Of a stretch of DNA of 64,000 bases, positions 51,122 to 64,000 are shown one piece after another. A model generated the notes under the pieces. The model was given only the letters and a program-made list of their open reading frames with translations, was not told the DNA's origin and did no database searches. This DNA is from Auanema rhodensis (Eukaryota; Animalia; Nematoda). Positions within the stretch are counted from its first letter, which is position 1, and each line of letters starts with the position of its first letter. The translations under genes were made by a program, and so were the position numbers. Location: the NCBI GenBank assembly GCA_964057225.1, contig OZ059897.1:18104001-18168000 (forward strand), given 5' to 3'.

Positions 51122-54100
51122 TCCAAAAACATTTTGACAAAAATGTTTTCGGAAAATTTCAAAATAATTTAGCAAAAAGTAGATGTTTTTAGATTTCTTT
51201 TTTCAAGGCAAAGACGATGGACAATGTTATTCAACGAAAAAATCATTTCTTCAGGGTGAAAATCGAGGATATAAGTGTGAACTTATATCAGTTGATATCT
51301 GGGTGCATTTTTAAGCTAAGGCAAATCTGATAACACAGATCGACGCAGCTTAAAAATCCGCATCGAATGCACTATACTACATTGAGAAACGCTTAATACA
51401 TAAATTAGTTATGATCGTTTGAAAAATGATGCATTAGTGTATGTTGAGTTTCCATATACACTCAACATTGCTTCCAAAAACATTTTGACAAAAATTTTTT
51501 CGAAAAATTTCGAAATAATTTAGCAAAAAGTAGATGTTTTTAGATTCCATTTTTCAAGGCAAAGACGATAGACAATGTTATTCAACGAAAAAATTAATTC
51601 TTCAGGGTGAAAATCGAGGATATAAGTGTGAACTTATATCAGTTGATATCTCGGTGCATATTTAAGCTAGCGCAAATCTGATAACACAGATCGACGCAGC
51701 TTAAAAATCCGCATCGAATGCACTATACTACATTGAGAAACGCTTAATACAAAAATTAGTTATGATCGTTTGAAAAATGATGCATTAGTGTATGTTGAGT
51801 TTCCATGTACACTCAACATTGCTTCCAAAAACATTTTGACAAAAATTTTTTCGAAAAATTTCAAAATAATTTAGCAAAAAGTAGATGTTTTTAGATTCCA
51901 TTTTTCAAGGCAAAGACGATAGACAATGTTATTCAACGAAAAAATTAATTCTTTAGGGTGAAAATCGAGGATATAAGTGTGAACTTATATCAGTTGATAT
52001 CTCGGTGCATTTTTAAGCTAGCGCAAATCTGATAACACAGATCGACGCAGCTTAAAAATCCGCATCGAATGCTTTATACTACATTGAGAAACGCTTAATA
52101 CAAAAATTAGTTATGATCGTTTGAAAAATGATGCATTAGTGTATGTTGAGTTTCCATGTACACTCAACATTGCTTTCAAAAACATTTTGACAAAAACTTT
52201 TTCGAAAAATTTCAAAATAATTTAGCAAAAAGTAGATGTTTTTAGATTCCATTTTTCAAGGCAAAGACGATGGACAATGTTATTCAACGAAAAAATTAAT
52301 TCTTCAGGGTGAAAATCGAGGATATAAGTGTGAACTTATATCAGTTGATATCTCGGTGCATTTTTAAGCTAGCGCAAATCTGATAACACAGATCGACGCA
52401 GCTTAAAAATCCGCATCGAATGCACTATACTACATTGAGAAACGCTTAATACATAAATTAGTTATGATCGTTTGAAAAATGATGCATTAGTGTATGTTGA
52501 GTTTCCATGTACACTCAATATTGCTTCCAAAAACATTTTGACAAAAATGTTTTCGAAAAATTTCAGAATAATTTAGCAAAAAGTAGATGTTTTTAGATTT
52601 CTTTTTTCAAGGCAAAGACGATGGACAATGTTATTCAACGAAAAAATCATTTCTTCAGGGTGAAAATCGAGGATATAAGTGTGAACTTATATCAGTTGAT
52701 ATCTGGGTGCATTTTTAAGCTAGCGCAAATCTGATAACACAGATCGACGCAGCTTAAAAATCCGCATCGAATGCACTATACTACATTGAGAAAGGCTTAA
52801 TACATAAATTAGTTATGATCGTTTGAAAAATGATGCATTAGTGTATGTTGAGTTTCCATGTACACTCAACATTGCTTCCAAAAACATTTTGACAAAAATT
52901 TTTTCGAAAAATTTCGAAATAATTTAGCAAAAAGTAGATGTTTTTAGATTCCATTTTTCAAGGCAAAGACGATAGACAATGTTATTCAACGAAAAAATTA
53001 ATTCTTCAGGGTGAAAATCGAGGATATAAGTGTGAACTTATATCAGTTGATATCTCGGTGCATTTTTAAGCTAGCGCAAATCTGATAACACAGATCGACG
53101 CAGCTTAAAAATCCGCATCGAATGCACTATACTACATTGAGAAACGCTTAATACAAAAATTAGTTATGATCGTTTGAAAAATGATGCATTAGTGTATGTT
53201 GAGTTTCCATGTACACTCAATATTGCTTCCAAAAACATTTTGACAAAAATGTTTTCGAAAAATTTCAAAATAATTTAGCAAGAAGTAGATGTTTTTAGAT
53301 TTCTTTTTTCAAGGCAAAGACGATGGACAATGTTATTCAACGAAAAAATCATTTCTTCAGGGTGAAAATCGAGGATATAAGTGTGAACTTATATCAGTTG
53401 ATATCTGGGTGCATTTTTAAGCTAGCGCAAATCTGATAACACAGATCGACGCAGCTTAAAAATTCGCATCGAATGCACTATACTACATTGAGAAACGCTT
53501 AATACAAAAATTAGTTATGATCGTTTGAAAAATGATGCATTAGTGTATGTTGAGTTTCCATGTACACTCAATATTGCTTCCAAAAACATTTTGACAAAAA
53601 TGTTTTCGAAAAATTTCAAAATAATTTAGCAAAAAGTAGATGTTTTTAGATTTCTTTTTTCAAGGCAAAGACGATGGACAATGTTATTCAACGAAAAAAT
53701 CATTTCTTCAGGGTGAAAATCGAGGATATAAGTGTGAACTTATATCAGTTGATATCTGGGTGCATTTTTAAGCTAGCGCAAATCTGATAACACAGATCGA
53801 CGCAGCTTAAAAATCCGCATCGAATGCACTATACTACATTGAGAAAGGCTTAATACATAAATTAGTTATGATCGTTTGAAAAATGATGCATTAGTGTATG
53901 TTGAGTTTCCATGTACACTCAACATTGCTTCCAAAAACATTTTGACAAAAATTTTTTCGAAAAATTTCGAAATAATTTAGCAAAAAGTAGATGTTTTTAG
54001 ATTCCATTTTTCAAGGCAAAGACGATAGACAATGTTATTCAACGAAAAAATTAATTCTTCAGGGTGAAAATCGAGGATATAAGTGTGAACTTATATCAGT

Positions 54101-57100
54101 TGATATCTGGGTGCATTTTTAAGCTAGCGCAAATCTGATAACACAGATCGACGCAGCTTAAAAATCCGCATCGAATGCACTATACTACATTGAGAAACGC
54201 TTAATACAAAAATTAGTTATGATCGTTTGAAAAATGATGCATTAGTGTATGTTGAGTTTCCATGTACACTCAATATTGCTTCCAAAAACATTTTGACAAA
54301 AATGTTTTCGGAAAATTTCAAAATAATTTAGCAAAAAGTAGATGTTTTTAGATTTCTTTTTTCAAGGCAAAGACGATGGACAATGTTATTCAACGAAAAA
54401 ATCATTTCTTCAGGGTGAAAATCGAGGATATAAGTGTGAACTTATATCAGTTGATATCTGGGTGCATTTTTAAGCTAGGGCAAATCTGATAACACAGATC
54501 GACGCAGCTTAAAAATCCGCATCGAATGCACTATACTACATTGAGAAACGCTTAATACATAAATTAGTTATGATCGTTTGAAAAATGATGCATTAGTGTA
54601 TGTTGAGTTTCCATATACACTCAACATTGCTTCCAAAAACATTTTGACAAAAATTTTTTCGAAAAATTTCGAAATAATTTAGCAAAAAGTAGATGTTTTT
54701 AGATTCCATTTTTCAAGGCAAAGACGATAGACAATGTTATTCAACGAAAAAATTAATTCTTCAGGGTGAAAATCGAGGATATAAGTGTGAACTTATATCA
54801 GTTGATATCTCGGTGCATATTTAAGCTAGCGCAAATCTGATAACACAGATCGACGCAGCTTAAAAATCCGCATCGAATGCACTATACTACATTGAGAAAC
54901 GCTTAATACAAAAATTAGTTATGATCGTTTGAAAAATGATGCATTAGTGTATGTTGAGTTTCCATGTACACTCAACATTGCTTCCAAAAACATTTTGACA
55001 AAAATTTTTTCGAAAAATTTCAAAATAATTTAGCAAAAAGTAGATGTTTTTAGATTCCATTTTTCAAGGCAAAGACGATAGACAATGTTATTCAACGAAA
55101 AAATTAATTCTTTAGGGTGAAAATCGAGGATATAAGTGTGAACTTATATCAGTTGATATCTCGGTGCATTTTTAAGCTAGCGCAAATCTGATAACACAGA
55201 TCGACGCAGCTTAAAAATCCGCATCGAATGCTTTATACTACATTGAGAAACGCTTAATACAAAAATTAGTTATGATCGTTTGAAAAATGATGCATTAGTG
55301 TATGTTGAGTTTCCATGTACACTCAACATTGCTTTCAAAAACATTTTGACAAAAACTTTTTCGAAAAATTTCAAAATAATTTAGCAAAAAGTAGATGTTT
55401 TTAGATTCCATTTTTCAAGGCAAAGACGATGGACAATGTTATTCAACGAAAAAATTAATTCTTCAGGGTGAAAATCGAGGATATAAGTGTGAACTTATAT
55501 CAGTTGATATCTCGGTGCATTTTTAAGCTAGCGCAAATCTGATAACACAGATCGACGCAGCTTAAAAATCCGCATCGAATGCACTATACTACATTGAGAA
55601 ACGCTTAATACATAAATTAGTTATGATCGTTTGAAAAATGATGCATTAGTGTATGTTGAGTTTCCATGTACACTCAATATTGCTTCCAAAAACATTTTGA
55701 CAAAAATGTTTTCGAAAAATTTCAGAATAATTTAGCAAAAAGTAGATGTTTTTAGATTTCTTTTTTCAAGGCAAAGACGATGGACAATGTTATTCAACGA
55801 AAAAATCATTTCTTCAGGGTGAAAATCGAGGATATAAGTGTGAACTTATATCAGTTGATATCTGGGTGCATTTTTAAGCTAGCGCAAATCTGATAACACA
55901 GATCGACGCAGCTTAAAAATCCGCATCGAATGCACTATACTACATTGAGAAAGGCTTAATACATAAATTAGTTATGATCGTTTGAAAAATGATGCATTAG
56001 TGTATGTTGAGTTTCCATGTACACTCAACATTGCTTCCAAAAACATTTTGACAAAAATTTTTTCGAAAAATTTCGAAATAATTTAGCAAAAAGTAGATGT
56101 TTTTAGATTCCATTTTTCAAGGCAAAGACGATAGACAATGTTATTCAACGAAAAAATTAATTCTTCAGGGTGAAAATCGAGGATATAAGTGTGAACTTAT
56201 ATCAGTTGATATCTCGGTGCATTTTTAAGCTAGCGCAAATCTGATAACACAGATCGACGCAGCTTAAAAATCCGCATCGAATGCACTATACTACATTGAG
56301 AAACGCTTAATACAAAAATTAGTTATGATCGTTTGAAAAATGATGCATTAGTGTATGTTGAGTTTCCATGTACACTCAATATTGCTTCCAAAAACATTTT
56401 GACAAAAATGTTTTCGAAAAATTTCAAAATAATTTAGCAAGAAGTAGATGTTTTTAGATTTCTTTTTTCAAGGCAAAGACGATGGACAATGTTATTCAAC
56501 GAAAAAATCATTTCTTCAGGGTGAAAATCGAGGATATAAGTGTGAACTTATATCAGTTGATATCTGGGTGCATTTTTAAGCTAGCGCAAATCTGATAACA
56601 CAGATCGACGCAGCTTAAAAATTCGCATCGAATGCACTATACTACATTGAGAAACGCTTAATACAAAAATTAGTTATGATCGTTTGAAAAATGATGCATT
56701 AGTGTATGTTGAGTTTCCATGTACACTCAATATTGCTTCCAAAAACATTTTGACAAAAATGTTTTCGAAAAATTTCAAAATAATTTAGCAAAAAGTAGAT
56801 GTTTTTAGATTTCTTTTTTCAAGGCAAAGACGATGGACAATGTTATTCAACGAAAAAATCATTTCTTCAGGGTGAAAATCGAGGATATAAGTGTGAACTT
56901 ATATCAGTTGATATCTGGGTGCATTTTTAAGCTAGCGCAAATCTGATAACACAGATCGACGCAGCTTAAAAATCCGCATCGAATGCACTATACTACATTG
57001 AGAAAGGCTTAATACATAAATTAGTTATGATCGTTTGAAAAATGATGCATTAGTGTATGTTGAGTTTCCATGTACACTCAACATTGCTTCCAAAAACATT

Positions 57101-57350
57101 TTGACAAAAATTTTTTCGAAAAATTTCGAAATAATTTAGCAAAAAGTAGATGTTTTTAGATTCCATTTTTCAAGGCAAAGACGATAGACAATGTTATTCA
57201 ACGAAAAAATTAATTCTTCAGGGTGAAAATCGAGGATATAAGTGTGAACTTATATCAGTTGATATCTGGGTGCATTTTTAAGCTAGCGCAAATCTGATAA
57301 CACAGATCGACGCAGCTTAAAAATCCGCATCGAATGCACTATACTACATT
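51122..57350. repeat. Tandem 9-mer duplication (3159 bp x2; right end approximate)
   Basis: Private markers recur exactly 3159 bp apart: TTCAGAAT (G at 52566/55725), GCTTTCAAA (T at 52176/55335), GCAAGAAG (G at 53282/56441) and C199G (51320/54479). Confidence 0.92.
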
Positions 57351-57790
57351 GAGAAAGGCTTAATACATAAATTAGTTATGATCGTTTGAAAAATGATGCA
57401 TTAGTGTATGTTGAGTTTCCATGTACACTCAACATTGCTTCCAAAAACATTTTGACAAAAATTTTTTCGAAAAATTTCGAAATAATTTAGCAAAAAGTAG
57501 ATGTTTTTAGATTCCATTTTTCAAGGCAAAGACGATAGACAATGTTATTCAACGAAAAAATTAATTCTTCAGGGTGAAAATCGAGGATATAAGTGTGAAC
57601 TTATATCAGTTGATATCTCGGTGCATTTTTAAGCTAGCGCAAATCTGATAACACAGATCGACGCAGCTTAAAAATCCGCATCGAATGCACTATACTACAT
57701 TGAGAAACGCTTAATACAAAAATTAGTTATGATCGTTTGAAAAATGATGCATTAGTGTATGTTGAGTTTCCATGTACACTCAATATTGCT

Positions 57791-60700
57791 TCCAAAAACA
57801 TTTTGACAAAAATGTTTTCGAAAAATTTCAAAATAATTTAGCAAAAAGTAGATGTTTTTAGATTTCTTTTTTCAAGGCAAAGACGATGGACAATGTTATT
57901 CAACGAAAAAATCATTTCTTCAGGGTGAAAATCGAGGATATAAGTGTGAACTTATATCAGTTGATATCTGGGTGCATTTTTAAGCTAGCGCAAATCTGAT
58001 AACACAGATGGACGCAGCTTAAAAATTCGCATCGAATGCACTATACTACATTGAGAAACGCTTAATACAAAAATTAGTTATGATCGTTTGAAAAATGATG
58101 CATTAGTGTATGTTGAGTTTCCATGTACACTCAATATTGCTTCCAAAAACATTTTGACAAAAATGTTTTCGAAAAATTTCAAAATAATTTAGCAAAAAGT
58201 AGATGTTTTTAGATTTCTTTTTTCAAGGCAAAGACGATGGACAATGTTATTCAACGAAAAAATCATTTCTTCAGGGTGAAAATCGAGGATATAAGTGTGA
58301 ACTTATATCAGTTGATATCTGGGTGCATTTTTAAGCTAGCGCAAATCTGATAACACAGATCGACGCAGCTTAAAAATCCGCATCGAATGCACTATACTAC
58401 ATTGAGAAAGGCTTAATACATAAATTAGTTATGATCGTTTGAAAAATGATGCATTAGTGTATGTTGAGTTTCCATGTACACTCAACATTGCTTCCAAAAA
58501 CATTTTGACAAAAATTTTTTCGAAAAATTTCGAAATAATTTAGCAAAAAGTAGATGTTTTTAGATTCCATTTTTCAAGGCAAAGACGATAGACAATGTTA
58601 TTCAACGAAAAAATTAATTCTTCAGGGTGAAAATCGAGGATATAAGTGTGAACTTATATCAGTTGATATCTCGGTGCATTTTTAAGCTAGCGCAAATCTG
58701 ATAACACAGATCGACGCAGCTTAAAAATCCGCATCGAATGCACTATACTACATTGAGAAACGCTTAATACAAAAATTAGTTATGATCGTTTGAAAAATGA
58801 TGCATTAGTGTATGTTGAGTTTCCATGTACACTCAACATTGCTTCCAAAAACATTTTGACAAAAATTTTTTCGAAAAATTTCAAAATAATTTAGCAAAAA
58901 GTAGATGTTTTTAGATTCCATTTTTCAAGGCAAAGACGATAGACAATGTTATTCAACGAAAAAATTAATTCTTTAGGGTGAAAATCGAGGATATAAGTGT
59001 GAACTTATATCAGTTGATATCTCGGTGCATTTTTAAGCTAGCGCAAATCTGATAACACAGATCGACGCAGCTTAAAAATCCGCATCGAATGCTTTATACT
59101 ACATTGAGAAACGCTTAATACAAAAATTAGTTATGATCGTTTGAAAAATGATGCATTAGTGTATGTTGAGTTTCCATGTACACTCAATATTGCTTCCAAA
59201 AACATTTTGACAAAAATGTTTTCGAAAAATTTCAAAATAATTTAGCAAAAAGTAGATGTTTTTAGATTTCTTTTTTCAAGGCAAAGACGATGGACAATGT
59301 TATTCAACGAAAAAATCATTTCTTCAGGGTGAAAATCGAGGATATAAGTGTGAACTTATATCAGTTGATATCTGGGTGCATTTTTAAGCTAGCGCAAATC
59401 TGATAACACAGATCGACGCAGCTTAAAAATTCGCATCGAATGCACTATACTACATTGAGAAACGCTTAATACAAAAATTAGTTATGATCGTTTGAAAAAT
59501 GATGCATTAGTGTATGTTGAGTTTCCATGTACACTCAATATTGCTTCCAAAAACATTTTGACAAAAATGTTTTCGAAAAATTTCAAAATAATTTAGCAAA
59601 AAGTAGATGTTTTTAGATTTCTTTTTTCAAGGCAAAGACGATGGACAATGTTATTCAACGAAAAAATCATTTCTTCAGGGTGAAAATCGAGGATATAAGT
59701 GTGAACTTATATCAGTTGATATCTGGGTGCATTTTTAAGCTAGCGCAAATCTGATAACACAGATCGACGCAGCTTAAAAATCCGCATCGAATGCACTATA
59801 CTACATTGAGAAAGGCTTAATACATAAATTAGTTATGATCGTTTGAAAAATGATGCATTAGTGTATGTTGAGTTTCCATGTACACTCAACATTGCTTCCA
59901 AAAACATTTTGACAAAAATTTTTTCGAAAAATTTCGAAATAATTTAGCAAAAAGTAGATGTTTTTAGATTCCATTTTTCAAGGCAAAGACGATAGACAAT
60001 GTTATTCAACGAAAAAATTAATTCTTCAGGGTGAAAATCGAGGATATAAGTGTGAACTTATATCAGTTGATATCTCGGTGCATTTTTAAGCTAGCGCAAA
60101 TCTGATAACACAGATCGACGCAGCTTAAAAATCCGCATCGAATGCACTATACTACATTGAGAAACGCTTAATACAAAAATTAGTTATGATCGTTTGAAAA
60201 ATGATGCATTAGTGTATGTTGAGTTTCCATGTACACTCAACATTGCTTCCAAAAACATTTTGACAAAAATTTTTTCGAAAAATTTCAAAATAATTTAGCA
60301 AAAAGTAGATGTTTTTAGATTCCATTTTTCAAGGCAAAGACGATAGACAATGTTATTCAACGAAAAAATTAATTCTTTAGGGTGAAAATCGAGGATATAA
60401 GTGTGAACTTATATCAGTTGATATCTCGGTGCATTTTTAAGCTAGCGCAAATCTGATAACACAGATCGACGCAGCTTAAAAATCCGCATCGAATGCTTTA
60501 TACTACATTGAGAAACGCTTAATACAAAAATTAGTTATGATCGTTTGAAAAATGATGCATTAGTGTATGTTGAGTTTCCATGTACACTCAACATTGCTTC
60601 CAAAAACATTTTGACAAAAACTTTTTCGAAAAATTTCAAAATAATTTAGCAAAAAGTAGATGTTTTTAGATTCCATTTTTCAAGGCAAAGACGATGGACA

Positions 60701-62704
60701 ATGTTATTCAACGAAAAAATTAATTCTTCAGGGTGAAAATCGAGGATATAAGTGTGAACTTATATCAGTTGATATCTCGGTGCATTTTTAAGCTAGCGCA
60801 AATCTGATAACACAGATCGACGCAGCTTAAAAATCCGCATCGAATGCACTATACTACATTGAGAAACGCTTAATACAAAAATTAGTTATGATCGTTTGAA
60901 AAATGATGCATTAGTGTATGTTGAGTTTCCATGTACACTCAACATTGCTTCCAAAAACATTTTGACAAAAACTTTTTCGAAAAATTTCAAAATAATTTAG
61001 CAAAAAGTAGATGTTTTTAGATTCCATTTTTCAAGGCAAAGACGATGGACAATGTTATTCAACGAAAAAATTAATTCTTCAGGGTGAAAATCGAGGATAT
61101 AAGTGTGAACTTATATCAGTTGATATCTCGGTGCATTTTTAAGCTAGCGCAAATCTGATAACACAGATCGACGCAGCTTAAAAATCCGCATCGAATGCTT
61201 TATACTACATTGAGAAACGCTTAATACAAAAATTAGTTATGATCGTTTGAAAAATGATGCATTAGTGTATGTTGAGTTTCCATGTACACTCAACATTGCT
61301 TCCAAAAACATTTTGACAAAAACTTTTTCGAAAAATTTCAAAATAATTTAGCAAAAAGTAGATGTTTTTAGATTCCATTTTTCAAGGCAAAGACGATAGA
61401 CAATGTTATTCAACGAAAAAATTAATTCTTCAGGGTGAAAATCGAGGATATAAGTGTGAACTTATATCAGTTGATATCTCGGTGCATTTTTAAGCTAGCG
61501 CAAATCTGATAACACAGATCGACGCAGCTTAAAAATCCGCATCGAATGCACTATACTACATTGAGAAACGCTTAATACAAAAATTAGTTATGATCGTTTG
61601 AAAAATGATGCATTAGTGTATGTTGAGTTTCCATGTACACTCAACATTGCTTCCAAAAACATTTTGACAAAAATTTTTTCGAAAAATTTCAAAATAATTT
61701 AGCAAAAAGTAGATGTTTTTAGATTCCATTTTTCAAGGCAAAGACGATAGACAATGTTATTCAACGAAAAAATTAATTCTTTAGGGTGAAAATCGAGGAT
61801 ATAAGTGTGAACTTATATCAGTTGATATCTCGGTGCATTTTTAAGCTAGCGCAAATCTGATAACACAGATCGACGCAGCTTAAAAATCCGCATCGAATGC
61901 TTTATACTACATTGAGAAACGCTTAATACAAAAATTAGTTATGATCGTTTGAAAAATGATGCATTAGTGTATGTTGAGTTTCCATGTACACTCAACATTG
62001 CTTCCAAAAACATTTTGACAAAAACTTTTTCGAAAAATTTCAAAATAATTTAGCAAAAAGTAGATGTTTTTAGATTCCATTTTTCAAGGCAAAGACGATG
62101 GACAATGTTATTCAACGAAAAAATTAATTCTTCAGGGTGAAAATCGAGGATATAAGTGTGAACTTATATCAGTTGATATCTCGGTGCATTTTTAAGCTAG
62201 CGCAAATCTGATAACACAGATCGACGCAGCTTAAAAATCCGCATCGAATGCACTATACTACATTGAGAAACGCTTAATACAAAAATTAGTTATGATCGTT
62301 TGAAAAATGATGCATTAGTGTATGTTGAGTTTCCATGTACACTCAACATTGCTTCCAAAAACATTTTGACAAAAACTTTTTCGAAAAATTTCAAAATAAT
62401 TTAGCAAAAAGTAGATGTTTTTAGATTCCATTTTTCAAGGCAAAGACGATGGACAATGTTATTCAACGAAAAAATTAATTCTTCAGGGTGAAAATCGAGG
62501 ATATAAGTGTGAACTTATATCAGTTGATATCTCGGTGCATTTTTAAGCTAGCGCAAATCTGATAACACAGATCGACGCAGCTTAAAAATCCGCATCGAAT
62601 GCTTTATACTACATTGAGAAACGCTTAATACAAAAATTAGTTATGATCGTTTGAAAAATGATGCATTAGTGTATGTTGAGTTTCCATGTACACTCAACAT
62701 TGCT
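57791..62704. repeat. Two successive 4-mer (1404-bp) periodic blocks: 57791-59194/59195-60598 and 60248-61300/61652-62704
   Basis: The [A98,T131,TT250-251] monomer recurs at 58844, 60248 and 61652. The [G24,G180,T237]-[G24,G180,G269,T280]-[G40,A98] series recurs at 57791 and 59195. Confidence 0.8.
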
Positions 62705-63055
62705 TCCAAAAACATTTTGACAAATACTTTTTCGAAAAATTTCAAAATAATTTAGCAAAAAGTAGATGTTTTTAGATTCCATTTTTCAAGGCAAAGACGA
62801 TGGACAATGTTATTCAACGAAAAAATTAATTCTTCAGGGTGAAAATCGAGGATATAAGTGTGAACTTATATCAGTTGATATCTCGGTGCATTTTTAAGCT
62901 AGCGCAAATCTGATAACACAGATCGACGCAGCTTAAAAATCCGCATCGAATGCTTTATACTACATTGAGAAACGCTTAATACAAAAATTAGTTATGATCG
63001 TTTGAAAAATGATGCATTAGTGTATGTTGAGTTTCCATGTACACTCAACATTGCT

Positions 63056-63755
63056 TCCAAAAACATTTTGACAAAAACTTTTTCGAAAAATTTCAAAATA
63101 ATTTAGCAAAAAGTAGATGTTTTTAGATTCCATTTTTCAAGGCAAAGACGATGGACAATGTTATTCAACGAAAATATTAATTCTTCAGGGTGAAAATCGA
63201 GGATATAAGTGTGAACTTATATCAGTTGATATCTCGGTGCATTTTTAAGCTAGCGCAAATCTGATAACACAGATCGACGCAGCTCAAAAATCCGTACGAA
63301 TGCACTATACTATATTGAGAAACGCTTAATACAAAAATTAGTTATGATCGTTTGAAAAATGATGCATTAGTGTATGTTGAGTTTCCATGTACACTCAACA
63401 TTGCTTCCAAAAACATTTTGACAAAAATTTTTTCGAAAAATTTCAAAATAATTTAGCAAAAAGTAGATGTTTTTAGATTTCTTTTTTCAAGGCAAAGACG
63501 ATGGACAATGTTATTCAACGAAAAAATCAATTCTTCAGGGTGAAAATCGAGGATATAAGTGTGAACTTATATCAGTTGATATCTGGGTGCATTTTTAAGC
63601 TAGCGCAAATCTGATAACACAGATCGACGCAGCTCAAAAATCCGTACGAATGCACTATACTATATTGAGAAACGCTTAATACAAAAATTAGTTATGATCG
63701 TTTGAAAAATGATGCATTAGTGTATGTTGAGTTTCCATGTACACTCAACATTGCT
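63056..63755. repeat. Two 350-bp variant monomers (AGCTCAAAAATCCGTACGAA...TATATTGAG haplotype)
   Basis: TCCGCATCGAA becomes TCCGTACGAA at 63291 and 63641. Monomer starts are 63056, 63406 and 63756. Confidence 0.95.
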
Positions 63756-64000
63756 TCCAAAAACATTTTGACAAAAATTTTTTCGAAAAATTTCAAAATA
63801 ATTTAGCAAAAAGTAGATGTTTTTAGATTTCATTTTTCAAGGCAAAGACGATGGACAATGTTATTCAACGAAAAAATTAATTCTTCAGGGTGAAAATCGA
63901 GGATATAAGTGTGAACTTATATCAGTTGATATCTCGGTGCATTTTTAAGCTAGCGCAAATCTGATAACACAGATCGACGCAGCTTAAAAATCCGCACCGA

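Larger units (their letters stand above)
1..64000. repeat. Satellite DNA array, 351-bp monomer, about 182.7 head-to-tail copies, running off both window edges
   Basis: TCCAAAAACATTTTGAC recurs at 1, 352, 703 ... 8074, then 8299+351n up to 50068, then 50420+351n up to 63056, then 63406 and 63756. ORF-track spacings are multiples of 351 except across the deletion at 8256. I saw no unique sequence or inversion. Monomer 1 has 111 G+C in 351 bp. Confidence 0.99.

Noticed and set aside
1-64000. Giant repetitive protein gene (351 = 117 codons; the 126-bp deletion is also in frame)
   Set aside because: The six-frame track shows no ORF longer than 75 aa, so every frame is interrupted within each monomer. 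The +1 and -1 variants also break frame.
1-64000. CRISPR array
   Set aside because: There are no unique spacers and no cas genes. The entire 351 bp is repeated.
1-64000. Rolling-circle or sequencing concatemer artefact of a single 351-bp circle
   Set aside because: Variants form linked haplotypes in ordered, nested blocks with a positional gradient, which random errors on one template would not produce. Exact block copy numbers could still be mis-assembled.

Overview
The whole 64-kb window is one uninterrupted, head-to-tail tandem array of a 351-bp AT-rich monomer (hand count about 32% GC). It holds about 182 units plus a 245-bp partial unit, all in the same orientation, and neighbouring copies differ by only a few substitutions. 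This is typical of eukaryotic satellite DNA, possibly centromeric or pericentromeric. I do not recognise the family or the organism. I found no credible genes, RNA genes, transposon insertions or CRISPR arrays. The 36 ORFs in the track are by-products of SNPs that remove stop codons in some monomers. Monomer position 1 is set at window position 1 (TCCAAAAAC). The interesting content is structural. (1) Much of the monomer is covered by nested inverted repeats. (2) Many recurrent variants improve those inverted repeats, which suggests quasi-palindrome-templated mutation. (3) Shared SNP haplotypes reveal layered higher-order repeats: 2-, 3-, 4-, 8-, 9- and about 21-22-mers, with mappable chimeric junctions. 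(4) Only four monomers differ in length: a 126-bp microhomology deletion at 8256, a 352-bp unit at 50068 and two 350-bp units at 63056 and 63406. (5) Haplotypes turn over from left to right, with a sharp change near 50.1-50.8 kb. I cannot support a novel gene-encoded system here. The best candidate for something undescribed is the dyad-rich satellite itself and the way it mutates and amplifies.
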